From Parcubacteria group bacterium GW2011_GWA2_51_10 (lineage in GTDB: Bacteria; Patescibacteriota; Minisyncoccia; Phycocordibacterales; UBA2100): DNA of 64,000 bases. The notes beneath the pieces are model-generated. The model did no database searches. It was not told where the DNA came from and was given only the letters and a program-made list of their open reading frames with translations. The stretch covers positions 2,530-66,529 of the forward strand of contig LCQS01000017.1 of NCBI GenBank assembly GCA_001004265.1, given 5' to 3'. Position 1 is the first letter of the stretch; the number at the start of each line of letters is the position of its first letter. This document shows positions 1-8,221 of this stretch, one piece after another. The position numbers and the translations under genes were made by a program.

Positions 1-248
1 AACGATGACTGAACGACGTTCGCCGATTGTGAAACTATCATAAATACTGAGTGATAAGTTAATAATGTTAGTAAAAGAATGTCTGGGTCGACCCCCTTTC
101 ATGGGCGCTCCTCGGCGCCCCGGCTACACTCGGCTCTCCGAGCGGCCACAAATAATGATAGCACCCATGAGAAAGGCAGACATCGCGAACAACATGACGC
201 GTGTGGATAGCAATAGTACGATTATAGGGCCGATTTGCTATATATTTC

Positions 249-863
249 TCACAAAAGCCGCGCTTTATCCAAAAGAACTTGGTGCGGGTAGTCCAAAGTG
301 TCTCGAATGAGGCGGTCTTCTATGGTGAGCCGATACCGGAATTCGAGCGTTGAAAAAGCGCTGTAGCGGATTTCGCGGCCGAAAAGACGCTCGAGTACGC
401 CGAGCGCGGCTTCGAGGCGACCTTCATTCATATTATCTGCGACGATTATCAGGTCTGCCGGCCGTGTCGGATCTCCCATGAAGCATCCGGAGATGATGAC
501 TGCCGTAAGACGGCCCGAATTCTTGAGGACGCCGACAATATCTGCGTACCGCCCCGGCGATACTTCATGAACGAAAGCGGAAAGTGCCCGCACATGCTTG
601 AAGTCTAGATTCAAAATCCAGCCAGCTTCAACTTTCTCTGGTTTCTTTTTTGAACTTTTCCGTCCGGCCTTCTCGATTTTTTTCTTGATAATTCCTATCT
701 GTTCGAGCCCTTTCAGCTCTTTATGCGCCGCTTTCAGACTTACGCCCGCGCGCTTCGCAGCTTTTGCAGCGGTGAATGCCTGCGTTTGTTCAAAAACAAA
801 AACCCTCAAGAGCTTCCCTCGCGCCGGATTTCCTAAGAACGTACCGAGGAAGTCCTCCTTCAT
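249..863 (-). CDS. putative DNA-binding protein, winged-helix/HTH N-terminus with a C-terminal nucleotidyltransferase-like segment
   Basis: 204-aa ORF. N-terminal LLRVFVFEQ...GVSLKAAHKELKGLEQIGII looks like a wHTH, followed by a basic KK-rich linker. C-terminal ISGCFMGD...ADLIIVAD weakly resembles a minimal NTase motif. Family not certain. Confidence 0.45.
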   Translation of the reverse strand: MKEDFLGTFLGNPARGKLLRVFVFEQTQAFTAAKAAKRAGVSLKAAHKELKGLEQIGIIKKKIEKAGRKSSKKKPEKVEAGWILNLDFKHVRALSAFVHEVSPGRYADIVGVLKNSGRLTAVIISGCFMGDPTRPADLIIVADNMNEGRLEAALGVLERLFGREIRYSAFSTLEFRYRLTIEDRLIRDTLDYPHQVLLDKARLL

Positions 864-905
864 ATGCTGAATAGTACCACTGACCTTTTCCTGTCAAGCA
901 TCAAA

Positions 906-941
906 AAGTAGCGGGGCAGCAAAAACCCCGCAATTGCGGGG
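906..941 (-). terminator. rho-independent terminator downstream of rplL
   Basis: Perfect 16-bp inverted repeat gcagcaaaaaccccgc-aatt-gcggggtttttgctgc. The A-run and T-run make it bidirectional. Confidence 0.7.
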
Positions 942-1022
942 TTTTTGCTGCCTTTGTCCCGAAATTCCACTTCGAGATTACTTTGCCACCAGCCGTCGGA
1001 TCTACTGTCTTGGTAACTTTGA

Positions 1023-1460
1023 TTACTTCAAAGTTACCTTACCGCCGGCTTCTTCGATTTTTTTCTTCCAATTCTCGGCGTCTTCTTTCTTCACGCCTTC
1101 CTTCATCATCGCTGGAGCGCTTTCGACGAGATCTTTTGCCTCCTTGAGGCCAAGCCCGAGAACTTCCTTCACGGCCTTGATCACGGCGATTTTCTGCTCG
1201 CCTGCCGATGTTAGCTCGACGTTGAATTCACTCTTCTCTTCTCCGGCGCCTGCTGCGGCCGCGGCTGCCGGAGCTGCGACTGCCTGCGCCGAAACGCCGA
1301 ATTTTTTCTCGAGAAACTTCACGAGCTCATTCAACTCCAAGACCGTCATTTTCTCGACCTGCTCGACGAGCGCCTTGAATTTCGACGGGGTTTCCAATGT
1401 TTCTGTCTCAGCTGCTACGGATTCTGCCGGAGCTGCCATGTTTTCGTCAACCATAGACAA
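1023..1460 (-). CDS. rplL: 50S ribosomal protein L7/L12
   Basis: 145 aa with an Ala-rich hinge and C-terminal KEAKDLVE...GVKKEDAE...IEEAGGKV, typical of L7/L12. Adjacent to rplJ. Confidence 0.93.
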   Translation of the reverse strand: MSMVDENMAAPAESVAAETETLETPSKFKALVEQVEKMTVLELNELVKFLEKKFGVSAQAVAAPAAAAAAGAGEEKSEFNVELTSAGEQKIAVIKAVKEVLGLGLKEAKDLVESAPAMMKEGVKKEDAENWKKKIEEAGGKVTLK

Positions 1461-1464
1461 TTAG

Positions 1465-1503
1465 TTCGTAGTACGTAGAACGTAGTACGTAGTACGTAGT
1501 TAA
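1465..1503. repeat. heptamer tandem repeat (ACGTAGT-like x5) in the rplJ-rplL spacer
   Basis: tcgtagt acgtaga acgtagt acgtagt acgtagt. Period 7 places TAG in every frame. Confidence 0.8.
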
Positions 1504-1511
1504 AATTTCTC

Positions 1512-2015
1512 TTACGCCTGTTTCTGGTCCGCGATTGCTTTAAGGGCAATCGCAAGGCCGGCGATAGGACTATTAATTACATTCACGAACATGCCGCGCA
1601 AAATGGGAACTGGAGGAATCGTGGCAATTTCCATCATACCCTCTCTGCCGACGATTTTGCCCTCGAAGATGCCCCCGAGGATCGCGAGCTTGTCGGCTCC
1701 CATTTGCTTTGCAAAATTCCACACACGCCGCGCGGGGCCAGTAGGATCATTCGATTCTTTTGTGTCGAACGCGACCGATACTTCTCCATGAAGCGGCACA
1801 TCTTTGTGCTGAAGACCGAGCGCATCGAGCGCGCGGCGAATGAGCGATTTCTTTGCGACGATGTACGAGATGCCGTCCTGCCGGAATCCGCGCCGCATCG
1901 CCGTTTCCTCCGCGACGTTGATCTTCTCGAAATGCACAAAAACCGCCGATGAGGCGTTTTTGAATGCGTTCTCAAGTTTTGCGACGATTTCTTTTTTTTG
2001 TTCTTTTGATTTCAT
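1512..2015 (-). CDS. rplJ: 50S ribosomal protein L10
   Basis: 167 aa with the L10-like VAKLENAF...VFVHFEKINVAE...ADKLAILGG pattern. Sits upstream of rplL in the conserved order. Confidence 0.9.
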   Translation of the reverse strand: MKSKEQKKEIVAKLENAFKNASSAVFVHFEKINVAEETAMRRGFRQDGISYIVAKKSLIRRALDALGLQHKDVPLHGEVSVAFDTKESNDPTGPARRVWNFAKQMGADKLAILGGIFEGKIVGREGMMEIATIPPVPILRGMFVNVINSPIAGLAIALKAIADQKQA

Positions 2016-2020
2016 ATTCC

Positions 2021-2048
2021 GAAATAAAATGTCCCCTTTAAGGGACCG
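2021..2048 (-). terminator. hairpin plus U-run immediately upstream of the rplJ start (terminator or attenuator)
   Basis: On the minus strand, stem gtccc/gggac with a 6-nt loop is followed by attttatttc and ends 5 nt before the rplJ ATG. Confidence 0.4.
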
Positions 2049-2151
2049 GAAAATACTTCTTCTGAAGCACTTCGACCTGAACAGGGTTTACTCGTATGCG
2101 AAACCCGTCTTCTCCGGTACGCGAGTTAGTTTACTCACAATGCGAGGCGAG

Positions 2152-2373
2152 TCAATCTCCTGCGCCGACAAGCGCACGGATCGCCGCCGCGGCCTGCTCT
2201 TCCGCGCTCTGCGCCATTTCGTATTTTTGGACGCCGTATGTAACGGCGAAGCTCACGCTTATAAATACCAGAAAGCCAACGAGAAATTTGAAGAACGATC
2301 CAGTTGGACTTGGACTCATGATTAGTATTCTACATCTTTTATACGGCGATGCGCTTGTATAATGAACAGGCAT
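2152..2373 (-). CDS. small membrane protein (hypothetical)
   Basis: 73-aa ORF with one hydrophobic segment FFKFLVGFLVFISVSFAV. No homolog recognised. Confidence 0.3.
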   Translation of the reverse strand: MPVHYTSASPYKRCRILIMSPSPTGSFFKFLVGFLVFISVSFAVTYGVQKYEMAQSAEEQAAAAIRALVGAGD

Positions 2374-3202
2374 GAAAAAATATCTTATTTTGGTCTTTAT
2401 TCTCTATATCCTCTTGCAGGCCCCTTCTGTTATCAATGCCGATGAGAAAATCCCGGCCGGGTTTCCTGCGCAGTCTATTTGGACTTCGCAAGCGAGTGCT
2501 GTTGAAGGTGAGACGATAGATGTGTACGCAGCCATCCACAATGGCAGTGCGGAATCCATCAAAGGAAACGTCACATTCTCCGTTGATGGAAAATCTATTG
2601 GTTCGAAATCTTTTGAGATTTCTGCCGGAAAATCCGAACTCGTGTCAATCGCATGGAAGACGGTAGCGGGAACGCACATTATTCGCGCAAACATCGAAAG
2701 CGAATCGGGAGTGAAAAACGATCAGAGCGGCGATCTTTCCATAACGATCTCAAACGCGCCTGCTCCAACGCAGTTGGAGCAGGGCGCGCAAGTTGTTTCT
2801 GAAGCGGCTGCGAAAATTGCTTCCGCATCTGCTCCGGCAGTTGCGTCTGTGGCGCAAAACATTATTCAGGGAGCGGAAGCTTTTCGACAAAGTGGCATCG
2901 CATACGCGCAGAGAAATATGGAATCTGCAGAAAACGAGGGGGTAAAACAAGATGACGCATCGCCTGACACGCCAGCGGGGCAGAAAGAGAGCGTCGCTAC
3001 CAAAGAAGTCCCGGGATCGGTTGCAGGTGCGAAAACGTCAGGAGAAGCCCAGAATTCTGTGTTTGCAAAATTGTCCCAGCTTGCGGCACCGGCGATTCTC
3101 TTCAGTTTCGGAAACCGCGCGATTTTCTACCCGCTTCTCTCCCTACTCGCCCTCGTTATTTTATTCGTACTTGGCAGAATGGTCCGCCGCCCGCAGTTGT
3201 AG
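2372..3202 (+). CDS. secreted or cell-surface protein with CARDB/DUF11-like beta domain and C-terminal membrane anchor
   Basis: 276 aa. N-terminal signal peptide MKKYLILVFILYILLQAPSVINA. GETIDVYAAIHNGSAESIKGNVTFSVDG is CARDB-like. Ala-rich linker and C-terminal hydrophobic segment. Confidence 0.6.
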   Translation: MKKYLILVFILYILLQAPSVINADEKIPAGFPAQSIWTSQASAVEGETIDVYAAIHNGSAESIKGNVTFSVDGKSIGSKSFEISAGKSELVSIAWKTVAGTHIIRANIESESGVKNDQSGDLSITISNAPAPTQLEQGAQVVSEAAAKIASASAPAVASVAQNIIQGAEAFRQSGIAYAQRNMESAENEGVKQDDASPDTPAGQKESVATKEVPGSVAGAKTSGEAQNSVFAKLSQLAAPAILFSFGNRAIFYPLLSLLALVILFVLGRMVRRPQL

Positions 3203-3346
3203 TCCTTGCCGCGCACGCTAGGGCGCGGCGCCGTAAACCCACGGGATAATTCTATAGTTGTCGTGCGGCGGCGTTCCCGTACCAGTTTTGAAATACTCGT
3301 TGGATGCTGGGTGTTTGGTACGATGTTGGAACTTTACTGCGCTAGC

Positions 3347-3868
3347 CTAGCGTCGAAAGTCCGGGTACTTTTTTAGTTTAAATGGGATGGAAACGACGCC
3401 ATCTTTTCTTTCACGAACCGGTGATTCCTTTGCACTGTATTGAAGTACTGTAAATTGAACTTCTGACGTACTTTGTACTTTTATTTTTAGATTGACAACT
3501 TCTTTAGGATTTAACTTCTGAATTCTAAAAAGCCAAACTTTTTTACCAACCTGGTCTTTAGCCATTACTGCCACGTGGTTAGTATTCACATTCATATGCT
3601 CGACGGTTTTACCGATGGGGGTATCATCTGAGATCGTAGTGATATCAAACCCGTCAGCAGAGAGGCCCTCAACGTAGATATCGTAGAGTTCGCTGTTGAG
3701 TCTGTTGGTGATTTTTAAGTCGCGAATTTCTACCCACTCATCAGATGCATCTGACTTCATCCGTCTAGGATTAATCTTGACGGGCGAAATACCATTAAAC
3801 AGATAAACGCCCATTTTTAAGATTGCGTCAAATGTGAGATCAAATATTTTTTCGATAAAAAAGCCCAT
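3347..3868 (-). CDS. hypothetical protein (AT-rich island, 3' gene of a putative 3-gene operon)
   Basis: 173-aa ORF in a low-GC stretch. No recognisable motifs. Co-directional and closely spaced with the nuclease gene. Confidence 0.5.
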   Translation of the reverse strand: MGFFIEKIFDLTFDAILKMGVYLFNGISPVKINPRRMKSDASDEWVEIRDLKITNRLNSELYDIYVEGLSADGFDITTISDDTPIGKTVEHMNVNTNHVAVMAKDQVGKKVWLFRIQKLNPKEVVNLKIKVQSTSEVQFTVLQYSAKESPVRERKDGVVSIPFKLKKYPDFRR

Positions 3869-3920
3869 TGGTTTGTTTGCTTTTAAATGCTAGCAGGCAA
3901 AATATTTTCAGTGCATCTCG

Positions 3921-4571
3921 TTAATTTTGTTCTCTAACTAATTTTTTGTATTTACACCAGGCGCAGTTCGAGGTAGCAGTAGGAAGAACACCGGAAAGAA
4001 GCCCTGAAATTTCTTCAATTAGTCGAAAAAACTGCTGCATATCTTCTTTGACTTCAAAATATTGTGGTTGAGAAGTAAAGACCGCGCGCCCTTCCTTTAT
4101 TTCTACGGATTGTGGAGACAAGGTTACGATGCCCATGTGCTGAACTTTTCTTGGCTCACCTTCTTGCGGATTTTCGAAAGCAAACTTGTAAGCGTGCAGC
4201 TGTGAGCCATATCTTTGCAATATTTTCTCCTGAGTGCTGTCAATGATTTTGAAGTCGATCACCGTGTGTTCTCCACTCGGAGTTCTGCACAAAATATCAA
4301 ACCTTCCGCTGATATAACAATCACTGCTGGGGATGATTGTGGACTTTAACCAGCCTTCTTGTGATTCGACTATGACGTCCGGAAGGTCTGGATGAATATT
4401 CCGCATATTCATCCCAACAATGTGCGATTGAAGAAGAGAATTCATTCGCGCAAAGATACCCGGGAAAGGCATCGACGGCAGAGCCAGCCCCAGTTTAACT
4501 TTAGAGTAGTAGCAGTGTTTGCAGTCACCTAAGAGATAGCCAAAATCAGAGGGACTGAGTTTATAACTCAT
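3921..4571 (-). CDS. Cas4/RecB-family PD-(D/E)XK nuclease with a 4-Cys cluster
   Basis: 216 aa. N-terminal SPSDFGYLLGDCKHCYY resembles the Cas4 N-terminal motif. GRFDIL (motif II), VIDFK ((D/E)xK) and QLHAY (QxxxY). C-terminal CAWC completes a C...C...CxxC cluster. Confidence 0.65.
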   Translation of the reverse strand: MSYKLSPSDFGYLLGDCKHCYYSKVKLGLALPSMPFPGIFARMNSLLQSHIVGMNMRNIHPDLPDVIVESQEGWLKSTIIPSSDCYISGRFDILCRTPSGEHTVIDFKIIDSTQEKILQRYGSQLHAYKFAFENPQEGEPRKVQHMGIVTLSPQSVEIKEGRAVFTSQPQYFEVKEDMQQFFRLIEEISGLLSGVLPTATSNCAWCKYKKLVREQN

Positions 4572-4576
4572 TTTGC

Positions 4577-4744
4577 TTACGGCTCAAATCCTCCAGTTGC
4601 TTCTTTTTTCTCGCACTTGCTACACGTTCGCAACTGCTGATCTTTCCTGTCATTGGGCTCTCCGCAGGATAAACAGCGACCTTCTCTCCACGCCTCGTCT
4701 GCAAGATCTTGACCCTGGTTCGATAAATCATTCTCGTTGCTCAT
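4577..4744 (-). CDS. small zinc-ribbon protein (55 aa), missing from the ORF track
   Basis: Translated by hand: MSNENDLSNQGQDLADEAWREGRCLSCGEPNDRKDQQLRTCSKCEKKEATGGFEP. Carries CxxC...CxxC. Its stop lies 6 nt upstream of the nuclease ATG. Confidence 0.5.
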   Translation of the reverse strand: MSNENDLSNQGQDLADEAWREGRCLSCGEPNDRKDQQLRTCSKCEKKEATGGFEP

Positions 4745-5009
4745 ATAAAATAGTATTTAACCCTAATGGAACCACTGTATAACCTTTAAAATCGAAGTAA
4801 AGCTACCCGTTTTACGTTATATATTCTCGGCATATGCTGCGAGCACCAAAACACCGAGCACAAACCACCAGCGATAGTAGATCGGTCGATTATGTCCTAT
4901 TCCTATGTATCCTGGCCATCTGACTTATCCCCACCGTTGTGAGCACTAAATCCACATACTTATCCTCACCCCTTATCCACTTCACCACCGCTATTACGTT
5001 CCTCAAGAA

Positions 5010-6380
5010 CTACTTGGATTTGAGGAGGAAGGCGCCGAAGGCGCCGGAAACGAGGCTTTGGTTGTAGAGTTCGGGCGAAAATGGATCGGCAAATTTCCGC
5101 TCGGGTTCCTTGCGTGTTTCGTCGCACCAAACGCAGACAGCATCCCACGTTTTGGTCCACCAAGGTTCAGAGTAATCATCGCCAGGTGTAAAAACCTCTA
5201 CGCGCTGATCCCACGGAGTCGGCACGTACTCGCTGTCCTCGATTCTGTATTCCTGTGGCTGTTCAGTAAATGGCAGTTGCTGCTCGACCGATTCGCCCAC
5301 AGCGGGTCCGAATTCATCGTCGTTGTACGCACCGATTGGGACATCTTTATAAACATCGCCTTCGTACTCCTGCCGCGGGTTATAGAGAGGCTCTGGTGCA
5401 TTGAGAGATCCAGGAAAGAACTCATCGTCGCTGTACGCACCGATTGGGACATTTTTGTACGTATCTTCAGAATACTGCTGGTCCTGATTGTAGCGCGGTG
5501 CGACTTCCGCGCTGTCTTGGCTCCAGATATTGTTCCACAGACTGCTCCAGAATCCTTCAGCTGGCGGCTGTGGCATGGAGCCAAGGTCGTCTCCAGAAGA
5601 TGGGAACGGCGAGCTTGAGTCGTCGGTTCCCCACGAGACCGCTCTTTCCGTACCGACTGATGCGCGAGGCGGCTCGCTCCTCGAGGTAGTAAACCAGCTT
5701 GCCACGCGCTGAAAAAAACCACTCGAATCTTCATCCGGCAAGGGTTGGTATGCTTCGCCATCGGCCGGATATGGAGAATCCCAGCGCGGCTCGTCGCTGG
5801 TGACTCGCACATTCCAATTTGGAGTTCTTTCCTCAACCGGAGCTCGCCATTGTGTCTGAAGCGACCCCCACTCTCCCGGCTCGAGACCACCGGTTGCCCT
5901 TACTGTCTCAGCAATCTCACTGTTGCTTGGTCCCTCTACGCATTGGAGGTAGCGATAGTAATCATCTTCGCCAGGGTATCTATCCGCACAGGTAATATCA
6001 ATCGTACCGTATAATTGCCGCTCTACGCGCGGTGCTGCAGGTGCTTCTGCTGTTGAGATTCGATACTTTTCAGGATTATCGATGCAGTCCTTTAGTTCAT
6101 TCCAATCGCCGTTCCTTTGATATAGGTTATTGCACTCAGGATATGAAGGCGAGTTGTAATTAATTCCGGAAACTGATTTCGCAGACGTCTGTGCTCCGCC
6201 AGACGGAGCAGTGGGTACGCGCGCACCTACGCTCGGTGTTTTTTGTAGAGTGCTTGGAGCCGGAGTTGTCGCTATTCTCCGGCTGATACAGTTAGCAACT
6301 AGTGCATCTCCGAGAAGGCTTAGCCTGTTCAATAATTCCGCCGGCCCGCTTGCCAGTACTTGGCGATGCCGCAGACTCAA
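5010..6380 (-). CDS. low-complexity secreted-type protein with internal tandem repeats (possibly the 3' part of a frameshifted gene)
   Basis: 456 aa. Repeats YKNVPIGAYSDDEF / YKDVPIGAYNDDEF. No signal peptide of its own. Overlaps the 3' end of the upstream ORF by about 89 nt. Confidence 0.5.
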   Translation of the reverse strand: MSLRHRQVLASGPAELLNRLSLLGDALVANCISRRIATTPAPSTLQKTPSVGARVPTAPSGGAQTSAKSVSGINYNSPSYPECNNLYQRNGDWNELKDCIDNPEKYRISTAEAPAAPRVERQLYGTIDITCADRYPGEDDYYRYLQCVEGPSNSEIAETVRATGGLEPGEWGSLQTQWRAPVEERTPNWNVRVTSDEPRWDSPYPADGEAYQPLPDEDSSGFFQRVASWFTTSRSEPPRASVGTERAVSWGTDDSSSPFPSSGDDLGSMPQPPAEGFWSSLWNNIWSQDSAEVAPRYNQDQQYSEDTYKNVPIGAYSDDEFFPGSLNAPEPLYNPRQEYEGDVYKDVPIGAYNDDEFGPAVGESVEQQLPFTEQPQEYRIEDSEYVPTPWDQRVEVFTPGDDYSEPWWTKTWDAVCVWCDETRKEPERKFADPFSPELYNQSLVSGAFGAFLLKSK

Positions 6381-7224
6381 AATCTGCTCCTGAATCTAGC
6401 CCGGTGGGAAAGGTTTGCTGGGGCGCAGTGCTTCGCAATGGATTGCCTCCCAAGTATGTCTGATATAAACGATTCAGGCATGAATTATATGCTCTGCTCC
6501 CGATGGGATCTTCTAACGCACACGCTTGTTGAAAACTTTGGTTCGTCGCGTAATCTATATCAGGCTGAGCTGAAGGAACTGCTGGAACTGTTGAAGGTGC
6601 GGCAGGCTTTATCTGAAAACCGCGCGGCAGTGGAGCTGCCGACTTTGGACCTGCCATAACAGCCTTGAACCGGGCGTCGACTTCCGCCTGCGGAAGACCC
6701 GCGTTTACGGCATCTTGATACTCATCTGCGATTTGAAATTTGTCTTTTCCCGCAGAAGGACCGAATAAGCCGCTGCTCGGCGTATTTCGATCCAGAGCAC
6801 GGGAACGCGCCAGCGCTTCATCAACCGGAAAGGAGCTGTAAAGCGATCTATCAAGTGCTCGCGATTCTGCCAGAAATGGATCATTCCCGGGCGTATCTCC
6901 CCCATCTGCCCAGCACGAGTCAAATGCTTGCATATCATTTGGATGTTGGCTAAAACAATACTGTACGCGAGGATATTCAAACGTATCAGCCATTTCTGTT
7001 GTGCACGTACCAAGGTTTTTCCCGAAAGAACCATCGGAAATAAGCCATTGACAGTATGTATCGAGTGCCTGATCCCTTGTAATTTCCTCAGTTTCTTTAG
7101 GGCAGGTGTTCCCATAACCAAGGAAACAAAATGCCTGTGCCTTTGCGGGGATAGAAAAAACAATTACGATAAAAAGCGCAAATGAGATGACGAACAAAAA
7201 TCCCAATCGCGAGGATCGAGTCAT
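6292..7224 (-). CDS. secreted Cys-containing hypothetical protein
   Basis: 310 aa. Signal peptide MTRSSRLGFLFVISFALFIVIVFSIPAKAQA. Paired Cys residues and Pro/Ala-rich segments. Confidence 0.55.
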   Translation of the reverse strand: MTRSSRLGFLFVISFALFIVIVFSIPAKAQAFCFLGYGNTCPKETEEITRDQALDTYCQWLISDGSFGKNLGTCTTEMADTFEYPRVQYCFSQHPNDMQAFDSCWADGGDTPGNDPFLAESRALDRSLYSSFPVDEALARSRALDRNTPSSGLFGPSAGKDKFQIADEYQDAVNAGLPQAEVDARFKAVMAGPKSAAPLPRGFQIKPAAPSTVPAVPSAQPDIDYATNQSFQQACALEDPIGSRAYNSCLNRLYQTYLGGNPLRSTAPQQTFPTGLDSGADFESAASPSTGKRAGGIIEQAKPSRRCTSC

Positions 7225-7323
7225 GCTTCAATAATACTCTGATGTGGATAAATCGGGGAATTTCGTGTGGATAAAGCTGTGCAGAATCGATTTCAATTCG
7301 CAGCGACGAGTTCGAGGAAAATA

Positions 7324-8190
7324 CTACGGATTCGAATTTACGTATGCTCTAGTCTTCGCCCCAAAGTAGCCGGCCACCGGAGTGATTCCTGCTGCTTTCT
7401 GCAATCTAATTACCGCTGCGCGCGTGAAAGCGCCAAATTTGGTCGTCTCGTTTCCAGGAGAGCCGGGGCCACTCGCGGCTATGAGGTAACCATGCGCATT
7501 GAGCCAGACTTGGAGCTGCTTCACATCAGAGCCGGTGGATCCGAGCTGCAAATTGCGCGCGAAGTTTGCGCCGACGGTCGTTTGACCTGTCATTGCCGCC
7601 AACTGTGCCATGAGCGCATTGATCTGCGCGGTGAGCTGCGCAATGAGCGCGGTGCGCTGCTCTGCTGTCAGAGTACCCGTAGCTGCCGGCAGCGTTGCGG
7701 TAGTGGTAGTTGTCACCACAGGCGTAGTTACGACCGCTGTGGTGCCACCGCCGCCTCCCCCGCCACCTCCTCCGCCTCCGCCTCCGCCTCCGCCGCCACT
7801 GCCTGTAGTTGCGGCGCATGAACCGGTGTCAGGTTCGATGGTAATCGTTCTTGAATTGGTAGTTCCCTGAAAGCTTACAGATGAACTGGAGTCCGCCGTG
7901 CACGTCGAGGCGCTTATCGCCTCGGACGGCGCATTGTGCGTGATCTTATATCCATTCCCCTGCTGGATCGTTATGGAGGATCCGGACAACAGCACGAATG
8001 AGAAGTTGCCCGCATTTACCGTTATCGATTCGATTGACGCGCTGCTTCCGGATACGGAGTACGTGATGCCTCCCGCCGTGATGTTCGTATCAGTCGTAAG
8101 CGTGACATCATCTGCAGCCGCGAACGCAAGGATTGGCGCAAGCAGCGCTAGGAGCGTGCCTGTGAGAATTTTTTTCAGATTCATGGCCAT
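7324..8190 (-). CDS. secreted protein with poly-Gly/Thr linker and C-terminal putative peptidoglycan-binding (PG_binding_1-like) domain
   Basis: 288 aa. Signal peptide MAMNLKKILTGTLLALLAPILAFAAA. An 18-residue Gly run and Thr-rich region. C-terminal GSTGSDVKQLQVWLNAHGY...FGAFTRAAVIRLQKAAGI matches the PG-binding fold consensus. Confidence 0.6.
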   Translation of the reverse strand: MAMNLKKILTGTLLALLAPILAFAAADDVTLTTDTNITAGGITYSVSGSSASIESITVNAGNFSFVLLSGSSITIQQGNGYKITHNAPSEAISASTCTADSSSSVSFQGTTNSRTITIEPDTGSCAATTGSGGGGGGGGGGGGGGGGGGTTAVVTTPVVTTTTTATLPAATGTLTAEQRTALIAQLTAQINALMAQLAAMTGQTTVGANFARNLQLGSTGSDVKQLQVWLNAHGYLIAASGPGSPGNETTKFGAFTRAAVIRLQKAAGITPVAGYFGAKTRAYVNSNP

Positions 8191-8221
8191 TTTCGCTTAG
8201 AAGCTAATAATGTGTGCTTCT

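Noticed and set aside
5330-5470. Possible CRISPR-like or short tandem repeat.
   Set aside because: It is a protein-level tandem repeat (YKNVPIGAYSDDEF / YKDVPIGAYNDDEF) inside ORF 5010..6380. There are no spacer-repeat architecture and no cas genes. No CRISPR array was seen anywhere in the window.
7267-7870. Plus-strand ORFs 7267..7821 and 7610..7870 (poly-Pro).
   Set aside because: Antisense shadows of the Gly-tract region of the secreted PG-binding protein 7324..8190. The poly-Pro run is simply the complement of GGN codons.
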